Shown piece by piece: positions 32,727 through 49,798 of a stretch of DNA of 64,000 nt (its first letter is position 1; the number at the start of each line of letters is the position of its first letter). The stretch is taken from positions 18,476,001-18,540,000 of the forward strand of contig OX597821.1 in assembly GCA_951406725.2 (NCBI GenBank), written 5' to 3'. The notes below the pieces were generated by a model that searched no databases, was not told where the DNA came from, and worked only from the letters and a program-made list of their open reading frames with translations. Made by a program: the position numbers and the translations under genes. The stretch comes from Octopus vulgaris (taxonomy: Eukaryota).

Positions 32727-32937
32727 TACTCTTTTACTCTTTTATTTGTTTCAGTCATTTGACTGCGGCCATGCTGGAGCACCATCTTTAGTCGAGCAAA
32801 TCGACCCCGGGACTTATTCTTTGTAAGCCCAGTACTTATTCTATTGGTCTCTTTTACCGAACCGCTAAGTGACGGGGACGTAAACACACCAGCATCGGTT
32901 GTCAAGCAATGCTAGGGGGACAAACACAGACACACAA

Positions 32938-32987
<50 letters not shown>

Positions 32988-33148
32988 GACAGGCTTCTTT
33001 CAGTTTCTGTCTACCAAATCCACTCACAAGGCATTGGTCGGCCCGGGGCTATAGCAAAAGACACTTGCCCAAGATGCCACACAGTGGGACTGAACCCGGA
33101 ACCATGTGGTTGGTTAGCAAGCTACTTACCACACAGTCACTCCTGCGC
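32727..33148 (-). mobile_element. SINE family A
   Basis: Near-identical to 9388-9755. Confidence 0.85.
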
Positions 33149-33423
33149 ATATATATATATATATATATATGCAAGTGTAATTATGTATGAGTGTTTGTAT
33201 TAAATTGGTACTATCTTAAAACTAGTGGAAGAACAAAGGATTTGATACTGTCTGGTCATTTATTGTAAAGTTCATGCTGACGGCAACTTCAAGTTTTGCC
33301 AAACAGCTTACTCTATCAGTCTTATTTCAACACACATACACATGCATATATACCTACACATATATATATGCTTATATACATGTATATGTACCTGCCGATA
33401 AATCTATATCTGTTTATATATAT

Positions 33424-33481
<58 letters not shown>

Positions 33482-33483
<2 letters not shown>

Positions 33484-33762
33484 CCGTTGCCAGCGCCGCC
33501 CCGACTGGCCTCGTGTCGGTGGCACGTAAAAAGCACCATCCGTCCGTAGCCGTTTGCCAGCTCCATCTGGCACCTGTGCGGGTGGCACGTAAAAAGCACC
33601 CACTACACTCACGGAGTGGTTGGCGTTAGGAAAGGCATCCAGCCGTAGAAACACTGCCAGATCAGACTGGGCCTGATGCAGCCTTCTAGCTTCACAGACC
33701 CCAGTTGAACCGTCCAACCCATGCTAGCATGGAAAGCGGACGCTAAATGATGATGATGATGA

Positions 33763-33765
<3 letters not shown>
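33482..33765 (+). mobile_element. RTE 3' tail in (TA)n
   Basis: Same sequence as 29270-29510. Confidence 0.85.
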
Positions 33766-33809
<44 letters not shown>

Positions 33810-34070
33810 CATACATATATATATGTTTATAGATAGATAAATAGATAGATAGACAGATGGATATTCAGATAGACAGATAGGTACATAGATTGATAGATTT
33901 GGTGATGCAACCAGGAAAAATAGAATTTAAAACATGAGTATATATATTTGTCAAAAATATTTTGACAAATCAAATTTAAATGTTGAAGTGAATTTTAGTA
34001 TATATATATTTTTATTAATAATCGGCAGAAATTAAAGCTACGAGGCACAGACATGCGTAAGTACATCTGC

Positions 34071-34137
<67 letters not shown>

Positions 34138-34140
<3 letters not shown>

Positions 34141-34417
34141 TTTTACGTGTTTCAGCAATTTGACTACCGCCATGCTGGAGCACACCTTTAGTTAAATAAA
34201 TTGACCCCAGGACTAATTCTTTGTACTTATTTTTTATCAGTCTCTTTTACTGAAGCGATGATGGGGTGGGGGGGACAAACACACGCACACGCACAAATAC
34301 ATATATACGACGGTCTTCAGGATACGGTAGACACTTGCCCAAAGTGCCACGCAGTGGAACTGAACCCAGAACCGTGGGTCTGGGAACCATGCTTCTTACC
34401 ACACAGCTACTCCTGCG

Positions 34418-34419
<2 letters not shown>
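34138..34419 (-). mobile_element. SINE family A, deleted copy
   Basis: Head and tail retained. Confidence 0.75.
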
Positions 34420-34483
<64 letters not shown>

Positions 34484-34525
34484 TATATATATAAAATAAA
34501 TATATATATATATAAATAAATATAT

Positions 34526-34627
<102 letters not shown>

Positions 34628-35049
34628 ATGTACATATATATAAATACATATATATACACACATATATTTACACATGCGCACGCACGCACAGACACATATA
34701 TATATACACATACACCCTTATGCTGGGGCACTGACAATTTAAATCCGGGAAAACGTACAGTTACATATATGCTGTGTATATACGTATACATGCATGAATG
34801 TGGTGCGCTATTGTATTGTAATAGAGTGTGCACACAATCAGTTAGGTATATGTGTGTGTGTGTGTGTACAAACTCATAAATTGGCAGACTACATACTGTG
34901 TATATGTAACTGGCCGAAATTCGGTTATATATGGCTATGGTCAAACCAATTACATCTGTTTGCGTGTGTGTGAAGACATGTTGGACAATTTACAGCTACG
35001 GTAAATGCATGTTTATTCAGTATCACATAAGTATAACCTAACCATTATG

Positions 35050-35222
35050 CTTTTTCTTTGTGACCCGACATGGTGAAAATAGCAAGCAAATCTCTCTCTC
35101 TCTAAACATGACTTTCTGTCTTGATAACGGGAAGAACACATTGGATAATGTATTCCTAGATAGCCCCAATATGACTTGGATGGTCTTGAATGGAACGCAT
35201 TGGATCATAGATTTGGTCACTC
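35050..35222 (-). repeat. Dispersed repeat family X
   Basis: AAATAGC..CAAATCTC..ACACATTGGATAATGTA.TCCTAGATA is shared with 62335-62490, 62762-62912 and 63190-63360. Confidence 0.6.
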
Positions 35223-35337
35223 AACACACACATGCACATACAGATATATACGTGTGTAAAACTGATGTATACAGTTACGTAAACAAATGAAGAACGGGGC
35301 TAAATCACACGGATGCGTTGTAAAGACACAATCAAAT

Positions 35338-38415
<3,078 letters not shown>

Positions 38416-39120
38416 CAAACATTATACATTAAACACGTATATTTTGTACTTCAATTTTTCACACACAAACAAACACACATTCAAAAAACATGTTTACATT
38501 AACAGCCAAGGTTTTCAATATAAGCAATGTTTTTAGTTCTCTGTATTTGTAAACAACAAATGCAGAGAAATACATAAACACACTGACACATATGTATTGT
38601 TGTGTGTGTGTGTGGATAGATAGAGAAATAGATAGATATGAAAGACGAAAATTGAATGGAAACGAAAGGAAACAATTGAATGGAAGCAAAAACAACACAT
38701 ACAAGATACTCTATTACTGGCTTCAGTCAATGGGCTGCGGCCATGCTGGGGTACCGCCGCCTTCAAGTTAGCGAATATAATATAATATATATATAACAAT
38801 TAAGGATAAAATCTTAATAAGGAATCTTATGATTAGTTAAATTTTGGTAGTAATGACTTATGTCCCTCTTAGTGTGTGGCATTTATGTGTAATAATGCCC
38901 TCTATGCAATATATATATACACACACACCTGTCTGATGTATGTATATTATATGGTTTCTGAACAGGAACGTGTATGGTCGACGCCGTCAAAGGTGCGCGT
39001 AACGGACGTTCAGACGGTAATTGATGACTGGTGATAGATACATCGCGGTTTCTAGTGGTGGTGGTGGAGGAGAAAATACAACAACAACAACAACTAATAC
39101 TGCTAAAACAATACAAATGC

Positions 39121-39152
<32 letters not shown>

Positions 39153-39186
39153 GGAACAGTAATAATACAACTACGGAGCTTCTTAC

Positions 39187-39300
39187 CTGGCAGCGTGCAG
39201 CTGGGTAATAAACGACAGACTGAAAACGGCCGGTGTTGGCCGATCACTACCACCACCACCACCACATTCACCACTACTACTACTTCCACTACATCTCCAA
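39187..39300 (-). other. Possible non-coding exon ending at a strong donor CAG|GTAAGA
   Basis: Donor at 39187/39186 in locally CpG-retaining unique sequence; upstream boundary unknown. Confidence 0.3.
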
Positions 39301-39349
39301 CTGGATACACATGCTTACACGCTTACATTGACACCCTCATCGTACTCCT

Positions 39350-41726
39350 AGTCTCTTTCTATTCTCTCTCTCTCCCTCTCACTTACATGATACACTGGCT
39401 CCCACCTCTGTCTCTCTGTTTTTCTCCCTCCCTATCTCTCCCCCTCCCTCACCCGTCTCTCTCTCTTTATTTTCTCTCCCCACCACTCTTCTCCCTCCTC
39501 TCTCCCTCACTTTGTGTTTTCCTCCCTCCCTCTTTTCCCTCACACACACATTTCGTCTCTTTCACATTTATCTCTGTCTCTTTCTCTCTTTCACACCGTT
39601 GTCTCTCTTACATACGCGATAGGTTCTCTCCCCCACTTCTAATCCTAAATCTGTCTGTCTATCTTTCTCTCCTCCCCTCTCTCTTTCTCTCTCACTCACA
39701 CACACACATGATTCAATTTCTTCCCCACCTCTATCTCTGCCGCCTCTTTCACTCAAACACCTTTTTACTCAAACTCTCTATTTGCACACTCTTTATTCTC
39801 TTTTGTCTCTCTCTGTCTCGAACTTCCCTCACTCACTCCTATACACACTATTACTGTCTTTATTATTATTTTCTAGAATATCTCTTACAAAATCTAACTT
39901 CCCTTCACTTACACCACCACACATACATTAATTACTGTCTGTTTAGCTTTCGATTGCCGTATTTCTCCGTCTATCTCTATCTGTCTCACACAAGCAGCTG
40001 TAACTGTCCTTATCCTTATTCACTCATCCTCTCTGACACTGTAACTTTCTCCATTTCTGTATCCATTTCTCTCCACGCTGTCGCACACTCCCTCTCTCTC
40101 ATTGTCTTGCTCTTACGCACACACGTACGCACACACGTACGCACGCAGACACACACACACATGCACACACGCACGCACGTATGCACACACACACACATTT
40201 GTGCTTTCCACAAACTCCCTCCTTTGCTCACACTCACACTCATATATCCAGTTGTAATATATTTTTCTTCAAATTCCGTTGTAACCAAACTACGCTTTTC
40301 ATTTTTTTCGTGGGATCAATAAAATACAGCATTATTTAAAGAACTGGGGTCAAGACCATCAACCATAACATCTCCTCTAAATTTTAGGTATTGTGTCTAT
40401 AAACAATATTTTTCCATTTTCCATTAAAATCATCTTTAGGTTTCCCCCACCCTTTCTCTCTCACGCTCACACACTCACGCACATACACATACATATACAT
40501 ACAAATACACTTACGTCGCTTTGCCTCCCGTTTCACTCAGATTTTCTCGTTCTAACTCTCCTTCACAGCTGCTCTGTTGCTCTCCTTCCCTCTCTGTCAC
40601 CAGCACACACTCTCCATCTCTAATACTCTAATTCTATCGCTCAATATCTTATCTCTCTTACTATGTCTTTCACGCTCTAACTCTCCTTCATACACTTTCT
40701 TTTTTTCACTCTATACTTCTCTCACAGCTCTGACGATTCGTCTCTTTCTCTTTCAAATACATCGTTCAAATTAACCCCTCTCAAAACCATCTCTCACACT
40801 AGTCTCCCTGTCTTTCCTTTTCCATCACTTTATATGCGTCACTTTCTTTTTGCTCTCTCTTTCTCCTTATCTCCCTCTAACACCTTATTTCTCTATCTTA
40901 AACACTCATTTCTCTCGGTCTTGTTTTCTCTTTCTTCTTCTCAGTCCCACCCCGCTGAGTCTTTTCTCGTTCAAATACTCTTTCTCCATTCTTATCTCTT
41001 CTATCACTCAACTTCTTTGTTCTACCTCTGCCTTGCTCTGCTACTCTTTCTCTATCCTTTTTCCTCCTATCACTCAAACTCTCTGGGTCTGTCCCTCCCT
41101 TGTTCAGATACTCTTTCTCCATTCTTTTCCTCCTATCACTCAACCTCTCTTGGTCCGCCCTTCTCCATTCCCTACCTACACACTTTGTTATTGTTTAATT
41201 CTGCACCTTTACCTTAGTTCGTGTCTTATGCTGTCACCATTGTTTACGCTCATCTTTACCCTCTCCTTTTTTTCTATCCATCTGCACGCCTGTTTCTCCC
41301 TTTACATACTCTGTCACTTCTCACTTTCTCTCTCTCATGTTTTTACTGCTTCTGTCTTTGATTTCTATTCTGTCACTTAGACTCTATTCTTGTTCTTCTC
41401 ACACTCTCTTCTCTCCATCATGTCTCATTATTTTCTTTCCTAACCTCTTTGTCTCTCTTCCTCTCTCTAATACACACCATACTTTTCCATTTTTTTTTAA
41501 CGCTCTACCTCCTCTCTGTCCTTCCATATTTTCTCTCGGCCTTTATTCACAACGCTCTGGGCTTTAGCCAGTGGGACGAGTGCTACAGATGAGCCGAGAA
41601 TGTTCCAGACCAAACATGCACTCAACACTCCATTCAGACATGATTGAGTTTGGACTTGGCCACACACGCACAGGTTGCTGCTCTCGTCCAACTTCCAATT
41701 CTCTCCCTCTCTCTCTCTCTCTTGTA

Positions 41727-41796
<70 letters not shown>

Positions 41797-42360
41797 GTCT
41801 GTCTGTCTGTCTCCATACATACATACATACACACACGATATATTTCTTTTGTCCTGTATTCGTCTCTCATTGCTTCTGCTCGTCCATTCTCCTTGCCCTC
41901 TTTCTTTACGCTTCTCTCACGCCACTCATTTTCTATTTTACCATTATATAATTCGTTAAATTTTCCCACACCATCCTCGCTTCCGCTCTTTGTCCTTCTT
42001 ACTCTTTTGACACACTCTTATAACACCTCTCTTATTGTCTTCATTCAAATTATATGTATTTTGTCTCATTCTCATTCTTTTCTCTGTCTTTTCCTTTCTT
42101 TTATTCACTCTAATTCTCTTATTCTTTTGCCATTTCATTCTCTCACTTTCTCCCTCTAAGTTTACTTCTCTTTTCCATTCATTCATTCATTCATTTTTCT
42201 GATTTTGTTCGTATTTTTTCTCCCCCTATCAACCGTTTCTTCCAAAATCGTATCTCTTCCTTTCTTGACTCATTCTTTCATACCCAATTGACTTCTTGTT
42301 TCTGTTTACTCCGCTTTCTCATTCTATAGTTACATTACGTTTCTCTCCGTGTTAATCTTT
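39350..42360. repeat. Long pyrimidine-rich (CT) low-complexity region
   Basis: Strong strand asymmetry with (CT)n and (CTAT)n; resumes at 43680-44300. Confidence 0.8.
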
Positions 42361-42873
42361 GATATAGACGGGAGTAAGCAAGAAAGAAACAGAGAAAGAG
42401 TAAAGGAGAGAGAGTACGAATCAAAGAGATGGGGTGGGGTGAAGAAAGAGAAGGTTTAAGGAAGAAAAGGGATGAAAAAATGAAAGAGAATGAAAGCTAA
42501 TAAAGGAGAAGATTGAGAATAAGAGGGGGAAATAACCAAAGTGAGAATTCCAGAGAAAGAGAGAACGATAGGGAGAGAGGAAAAAAGAATGAGTGAAAGG
42601 TAGGTAAGTATGTACGTATGTATGTATGTATGTGTGTATGTATGTGTGTGTATGTATGTATGTATGCATGTATGTATGCATGTATGTATGTATGTATGTA
42701 TGTATGTATGTATGTATGTATGTATGTATGTATGTATGTATGTGTTTATGTATGTATGTATGTATGTATATGTACGTTTGTATGTAGTATGTATGTATGT
42801 ATGTGTGTACATATGTATGTATGTGTGTATATATGTATGTATGTGTGTGTATGTATGAATGTATGTATGTGTG

Positions 42874-42908
<35 letters not shown>

Positions 42909-43240
42909 GATAGATAGATAGAAAGGTAAGTAGATACGTAGGTAGACAGGTAGGTAGAGAGAGAATGAGATAACCTAGGAGAGAAGAATTTAGAGAGAAA
43001 GTGGAAATGATACGGAAAGGAACTGAAAGAGAAAGCAAGGAGATAAGAGGTGGCGAATACACACAGGTGTCTATGCTCCCTGGAGTCACTGCGTATCTCT
43101 CAACGATAACCAATACTTTTATTTTTCGTTCTTTTATTTTCGTCGCGATTTCACTCACTGATCTGTGGCCATTCTGGGGCTCAGCCTTCGAAATCAACTA
43201 CAGGTCTGTTATTCAAACGGTATATTATTTTAATGAACTT

Positions 43241-43358
43241 TCGGGGTCGATAAATTAAGTACCAGTTACGCACTGGGGTCGATGTAATCGACTTAATACC
43301 TATGTCTGTCCTTGTTTGTCCCCTCTGTCTTTAGCCCCTTGTGGGTAATAAAGAAATA
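43241..43358 (+). mobile_element. 5'-truncated SINE B with 22-bp TSD
   Basis: GGTATATTATTTTAATGAACTT at 43219-43240 and 43359-43380. Confidence 0.85.
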
Positions 43359-45150
43359 GGTATATTATTTTAATGAACTTGGAAGGATGGATGAAAAAGT
43401 GGCTTAGACGGGAGTTTGAACTCAAAGCACAAAAATTCATGAATTAACTATTGCACTGTATTTTGTCTGACGCTGTATTTTGTCTACCACTCACAGTCAA
43501 TATATTTCTGACATTTAATCTGTTACTAGTACCAAAGTTATGACATGTCATAACTGCATCAATAACAGATAAACATCATAGCATGATAGCGTCATATAGC
43601 TTCTATAGTGGTCACTTGATATGTCGTCTGCTCTCCACATTAGGTCACGTGACACACACCACATACACATGCGCACACACTCTGTTCATTTCTCTTACTT
43701 TCACTTAATGTTTCTTTCTCGGTGTCTGTTTTTCTTTCCCAAACCTCTTAAGCTTTCTACTTCTTCTCAGTAGTAATATATGCTTCATCGTCATCTCTCT
43801 CTCTTTTTCACTTTCTCTTACATTCGCTACTCTTTTCATTTTCTCCAGTCTTTCCTATCTCCTTTACTCTCTCTCTTTCTTCATCTTTTCGCCATTTCTG
43901 ATTGATTATTTTGTCCTTCTCTTCCTTTCATTTTTTTCACTCTCTGTGATGTTTCACTTTCTCTCTTACTCCTCTTTTCTCTCTTACTATTCCTTCTCTG
44001 TTTAACTCTTCATCTTATCATTTCTTCCCCACCTATTCCTCTTTCTTTCTCTTTCACTCTCTCTCTCTCATTCTATGACTCCCCTTCCCTCCTTCTCTTA
44101 CTCACGATCCTCCTCACATTCACCCACTTTACTACGCTTTCATCTCAACCAAATTGCCGTCGATGTTACCATCTGACCAATCATAACATTCTTCACCACA
44201 TTACATCATTGAACGTAACTCGTCTTCCGCTTTCGATCTGCTACTTTCACTTCCCTTTCCTCATCCTGCTTCTCTTTCTTTCTCTTTTTCTCTCTTCATC
44301 CCCATCGTTCTCCCTCATAATACATATCCAATACAGTACGGGACTGCTTATCCGGTTTCCAGAAATCAGGAAATTATATGATGCAATATCATTCGATATA
44401 CTGTACTCAATACTAAGTAAAGAGACCCTGTTTTTTTTTTTTGAAGTTGGTTAAATTGCATATGGCGTGTTTAAATTAGTTTTCTTCTTTACATTTTCAA
44501 GTGGGTTGATAAGATTAACCATACTCCGCTTTAGAATTTTTTTACGATTGGTTAAAATTCGCAGATTTAAACTTATAAAATACATTTTTGTCAAAAAAAA
44601 CTAGTTGAAATTATTGTTTTCTTTTGACACATTCTACCAGTATACGAAGTTTCAAATTATTTAGTTAACTAGAAAAATCTGGCTTTCAAAATGAAAAGAT
44701 CCCCTGTATCTGTTATATAAGATCATGTTCTTTATTTTTTCAAGTGGATTGATAAAGATTAAGCATTCTCTGCTTCACAAGTGTATTAAGTTGTACCCGT
44801 TAAGAACTTGAAGTGGATTAATAAATATCAATTAGACCTTGCTTTTAAAAGTCTATTAATTTGAATCTGTTAAAAATAGTTTAACACTTTTTAAAGTTAA
44901 GTTTACATTTGAAGTATATAATTTGACTATCTCCATAAAACGGGGAGGTCCAGAAATCCTAAAGTTGATGAACCAACAATTGTTCTCGTCCATTTTTTTT
45001 TATTTGCAATATAAATTAATGGTAAAATATATCTTTACCTTCACCCATTTAATACAATAGGTAAGTTAATTGCAATGCAATAAAAAACAGTATATTGGAT
45101 AGATATTATCCCTTGGTGGGTTGGCCTCACAACCCCTAACTTTCTTGGAG

Positions 45151-45226
<76 letters not shown>

Positions 45227-45238
45227 AACATATAAGGG

Positions 45239-45426
45239 ATGGCCATAATAGGACATCCAACTCACTAGAAAGAGAAGCCAAACTCCAAACCACTAATAGT
45301 TGTAATTCTGAAATGGAATAAAAACGTTTACCCTCTCCATTTCTCTTTCCATTTCAGAATTACAACTATTAGTGGTTTAGAGTTTGGCTGCTCTTTCTAG
45401 TGAGTCGGATGTCCTATTATGGCCAT
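45239..45426. repeat. Foldback (~80-bp arms) next to (TA)n with TTTGGCTGCTCTTTCTA motif
   Basis: 45239-45318 is complementary to ~45347-45426. Confidence 0.8.
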
Positions 45427-45538
45427 GTATATTATATAGTCTATTGACTATTTTTTCTTTCTCACTTGACCGCTGGTAGCGGAGAATTTTTCTAGAATTT
45501 TTTGCTACCCTAAAATTTATTAATTATATATATATATA

Positions 45539-45914
45539 TCTTTATATATAAAAGTGAGGTTGTGTGTCTGTCTCCTACGATTTAGATTCCTAACTACTCC
45601 CACATTTTGCGGTGCAGTTTAACCAAAAGCGGGTATCTTATAGTCGTGATACATATCGAGCCCTTCTGGGTATTAACGCGCGTCTACGATTTAAAAAAAA
45701 ATTTACCATCATTTTTTTTCCATTTTAATGCATTTTTTCGCTATTATATAAGGGAAGTAACTCTCTAAAAATGTCTACGATGAGTCAACGATTTAAAAAA
45801 AATTTACCATCATTTTTTTTCCATTTTTAATGCATTTTTTGGCTATAACTCTCTAAATATGCTTATATAGTTATTTCCCTTACAAACCCGAGCAACGCCC
45901 GGCGATACTGCTAG
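45539..45914 (+). mobile_element. Non-autonomous Helitron
   Basis: A|TCTTTATATATAAAAG start; CCCGAGCAACGCCCGG hairpin then CTAG|T end; no TSD. Confidence 0.8.
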
Positions 45915-46199
45915 TATATATATATATATATATATATACATATTGTAAGTCAAACCCAAGCCGTTATATTTAACTTGTTTATCCTCTCTGTCCTTCCATA
46001 TTTTCTCTCGGCCTCCGTATCTGCTCATCTTGATTCCTCTTACACCCACTCTTTACCCCGCAGAATAGGTCCCTCATAAAGGTGTCTACGTTCGAATCAT
46101 TCGAACGCTACTAAGTGTTTTCTATACCGAGAATCACTGGATCTCATCTTTTGACCACACACACACACGCACGCACGCACACACACACATACATATATG

Positions 46200-46600
46200 A
46201 ATACATACATACATGTATATATGTATGTATGTATGAGTGTATGCATGCATGCATGTATGTATGTATGTATGTATGTATGTATGCATGTATGTATGTATGC
46301 ATTTATGTATGTATGTATGTATGTATGTATGTATGTATGCATTTATGTATGTATGTATGTATGTATGTATGTATGTATGTATGCGTGCATGCATGCATGC
46401 ATGCATGCATGTATGTATGTATGTATGTATGTATGTATGTATGTATGTATGTATGTATGTATGTATGTATGTATGTATGTATGTATGTATGTATGTATGT
46501 ATGATTGTATGTATGTATTATGTATGTATGTATGCATGTATGTATGTATGAATGTATGTATGTATGTATGTATGTATGCATGCATGTATGTATGTAGGTA
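46200..46600. repeat. (TATG)n microsatellite
   Basis: Direct inspection; similar tract at 42605-42880. Confidence 0.9.
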
Positions 46601-46618
46601 TATCCGCTTAGTGGAGAA

Positions 46619-46968
46619 GGTATTCTAAAATTTACAGAATAAAATAAGTTTTATTCTATTCGTGTTGTCATGTTACCCATAATTATGACCCTAGTATCGA
46701 TCTATTGCATTTCAATCTCTTTTAGGGTTAGGGTTAGTTAGGGTTAGTTAGGGTTAGGGTTGGGGGTGGGGGTAAGGGTATCTTTTTTTTCTTCACAAAT
46801 AAATAAAGGACGCTGCTCATTCCATGCAACCCTAACCCTAAAGTCAATAAACCGGGCAAAAACAAAAAAAGCTGCCTGCAAGAAAGAGGAAGCAATCCCA
46901 GCTGTTCTACTGTTTGTTTGTAACGTGTGTATCCGAATATGCTGGTCAAAATGCAGAACTTAGTTACC
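46619..46968. mobile_element. TTAGGG-containing MITE relic related to 62939-63162
   Basis: Shared core TTAGGGTTAGGG..GGGGG.AAGGGT.TCTTTTTT; ends degenerate. Confidence 0.5.
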
Positions 46969-48054
46969 CCAGGATGAATATAGACAACCCATCAACAAAT
47001 TATGCTTAATTCGTAATTGCAGACTCGCTTACTTGTGATGTATGCGGCAAAGTCGGCAAGAGCCGCTCGCGAAATTTTTTTCCCACGTGAACCAATCAGA
47101 GCTCGCCTTTACCTTATCAAGTTAACAAATGTTGGCATTCAAAATGGCGACCTCCGGTTAACATTTCGACTCTTGTATTGTGCTCTCATTCCGCTGCCAA
47201 TATCATCGATACTGAACACATACGCTTGTTAGCGGCAGGTTTGATTTAAAGTACGGAAACTGCTTGAAGGTTTTGTAGACTGTTGTCAATATTCTGAAAA
47301 TAGCACTCCGTCGAGGTCGACTTTGCCTTTCATCCAATTGGAGTCTATAAATTTTAGCACTAGTCAACCCCAAAATTTCGAACCTTGCGCCTTGAGTAGA
47401 AAAGAATATTTGTAAATAACGTGTTATGTCTCCGGTAATTTTATTTCATGCAAAGAAATCTTATTTAGCTGTTATTTTCATCATACCTCACAACCATCAG
47501 TATTTAATGCAAATGCGATAAACACATGACAATTTTTAACAGAAAGGTTTAGAGGAGTTAAATGAAAGTTCTCCGGTAATTTTCTTTCACGTAGATAAAT
47601 GTTTCTATTAATTTAAAAGAAAAACAGTTAGTTATAAATCTCTGAGCGAGATGTTGGTAAATAAACTTTAATTTAAAAGATTTATCAAAAAAAATCTTAT
47701 TTAGCTGTTATTTTTAGCACACCTCATAGCCATCTCAATGCTCAATGACAAAAAGGAACAAACATTAACCTAGACGAAGGAAAGAGTAAAGAATGCACAA
47801 TGCTGACTAGAAAGGAAGAAAGGATAAAGGTGGCTCTGCTTTGATTGGTTATATGCAATTGAGTTCATTACTGGGGTCCGGAACTCTCGTGGGAAAAAAA
47901 ATTTCGCGTGCCGCTCCAGATTCACGAGATATTTGAAAACCCTTAATGAGAATATTCTCAACTCTCTCGCGGGCCAGGCTAATAACATTGGCTAATTGAT
48001 TTCTAATCAATCACCCGTCAGCTGTTACCAAGTGGCGAGCGCAATCAATGTTTT

Positions 48055-48455
48055 CCTCGGTAGTGGCAGTTGCAGGTCATCCAGACCTTGGGTCATCCTC
48101 AAGACTCTCCCTTCTAAATTCAGTTACCCACTTTTGCACTGTTGATAAAGCTGGAGTATCATCCCCTAATGTAGCGACCATGTCAGCATGAATGTCTTTG
48201 GGGGCTAAACACATTTTTGGCACATACTTGATAATACCACGCTGCCAAATTCTGTCCATTTTCAAGGGAAGTCGCTACTAGTTACTTTTGAAGTTTTCTT
48301 TGAACGGTCAGATATCAGTTTGCCTGTAAAAAGACCCCCCCTCCAAAAAAATGCAATTATTAATAAGAAGAGTTGAAATTAAAGCATGCAAGATTTTGTA
48401 ACTCTAGCATCACACCTTCACAATCAGCCTATGAACCTTTCAGCTTACCCTCGTA
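48055..48455 (-). mobile_element. Mariner 5' fragment
   Basis: TIR TACGAGGGTAAGCTGAAAAG; KDIHADMVATLGDDTPALSTVQKWVTEFRRESLEDDPRSG. Confidence 0.8.
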
Positions 48456-49380
48456 CGTGCATGTTAATAGCACATTTTGTGATCTTTATAAAATGATTTA
48501 TCTTTTGATATCAAATCCTAATGCTTGAAGGCGATCTTCGATTACCATTTTCCTTAAAAACTAATGTTGTAACAGCTGCTATCACGAACATAATATCTAT
48601 TCTTCATTTTGAAAGCGTGCGATAGAACTGACACTTAGCATGAAATTGCGACTGCAGAATTGAAGGACCATGCTGATTGGTTTTTCACTTTTGTATTGGT
48701 GAAGAGAGAAAAGTTGATATGGTGCTGAGATTGCAACGAATGAATATGAAATGATAAGTAAAATTTTTTGACGAGCCCTTGCTTATTTCAGACTTCAGAA
48801 ACTAAACAATACTATCTCCTAACAATAATGTTACCAGTTCTATAAACGAAGAATTTTAAAACGCATCCAGAGTTCCAGGGTTTTAGGAGTATGGAACCAC
48901 CTCTCAGCCACAACTGTTAATAAGTCTATTCTGACCAGGAGTAATAATACCCGTCAGGGTCTCAGCAATGGGTTAATTGGTATATTATGAAAGAATCTCC
49001 AAACAAACTCTCACTACTTTGTGAGTGCCTTGGGAAAGGAAACGGCTAGGTGAGTCAATCGCAAATCAAAGAGTGGCTAAGCCATCCAGTGCCCCCTTTG
49101 ACACCCTCCCGGCAACTTGAGGGTTGGTAGAACACAGTGGCTCTGTAAAGCAATTTACCGAGGAGTCCACTTCAATGTAAAATCTTCAACTTGTTGGTCT
49201 CCGTAGCTGTCTTAGCTCGCTGAAACAGTGTGATTAGACCTCCAAGTCTAAAGAATGGGATCGGATTGCGTGTATTTCCACTTTAAAACTATTAAGTGCA
49301 GGCAGGAAGAAAAACCCCGCAGCGTCAAGGGCCACTTTACATAGCCACTTGAGGGTATGCCGCTTTTTCTCTTGATTCGT

Positions 49381-49600
49381 CATTAAACGTGGAAATTATC
49401 AAGAGAAAGGGCGGCACACCATTAAACTGCCAATAAACGTGGAAATTATCAAGAGAAAAGGCGGCAAGCCATTAAACTGACATTAAACGAAGAAATTATC
49501 AAGTGAAAGAGCGACACATTAAACTGTCATTAAATGAGGAAATTATCAAGCGAGAGAGCGGCATGTCATTAAACTGCCATGAAACGAGGAAATTATCAAC
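49381..49600. repeat. ~50-bp minisatellite, about 4.5 units
   Basis: Recurrent AAACGNGGAAATTATCAAGAGAAAGGGCGGCA..CATTAAACTG. Confidence 0.85.
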
Positions 49601-49798
49601 GCATTTAATGGAGAAACATTTACTTGTTGTGATGACAAAGACAATATGCAAAGTTAATTAATAGAGTTTCTAAATGGTTCTGATTCGCATTTTGACTTTG
49701 CAGAAAAAGTATTGTGTTGTAAAGTCACTGCGAAATTTAGACAAAATTACTTAATGAGCTTTATAATGGAAAAAGAATTCGAATGACTCATTTAAATG

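Noticed and set aside
39181-39200. CTTACCTGGCAG resembling the U1 snRNA 5' end
   Set aside because: Similarity stops after 12 nt; it is better read as an antisense splice donor.
46723-46760. TTAGGG repeats as a true telomere or fusion site
   Set aside because: Only a few units, inside a MITE-like context.
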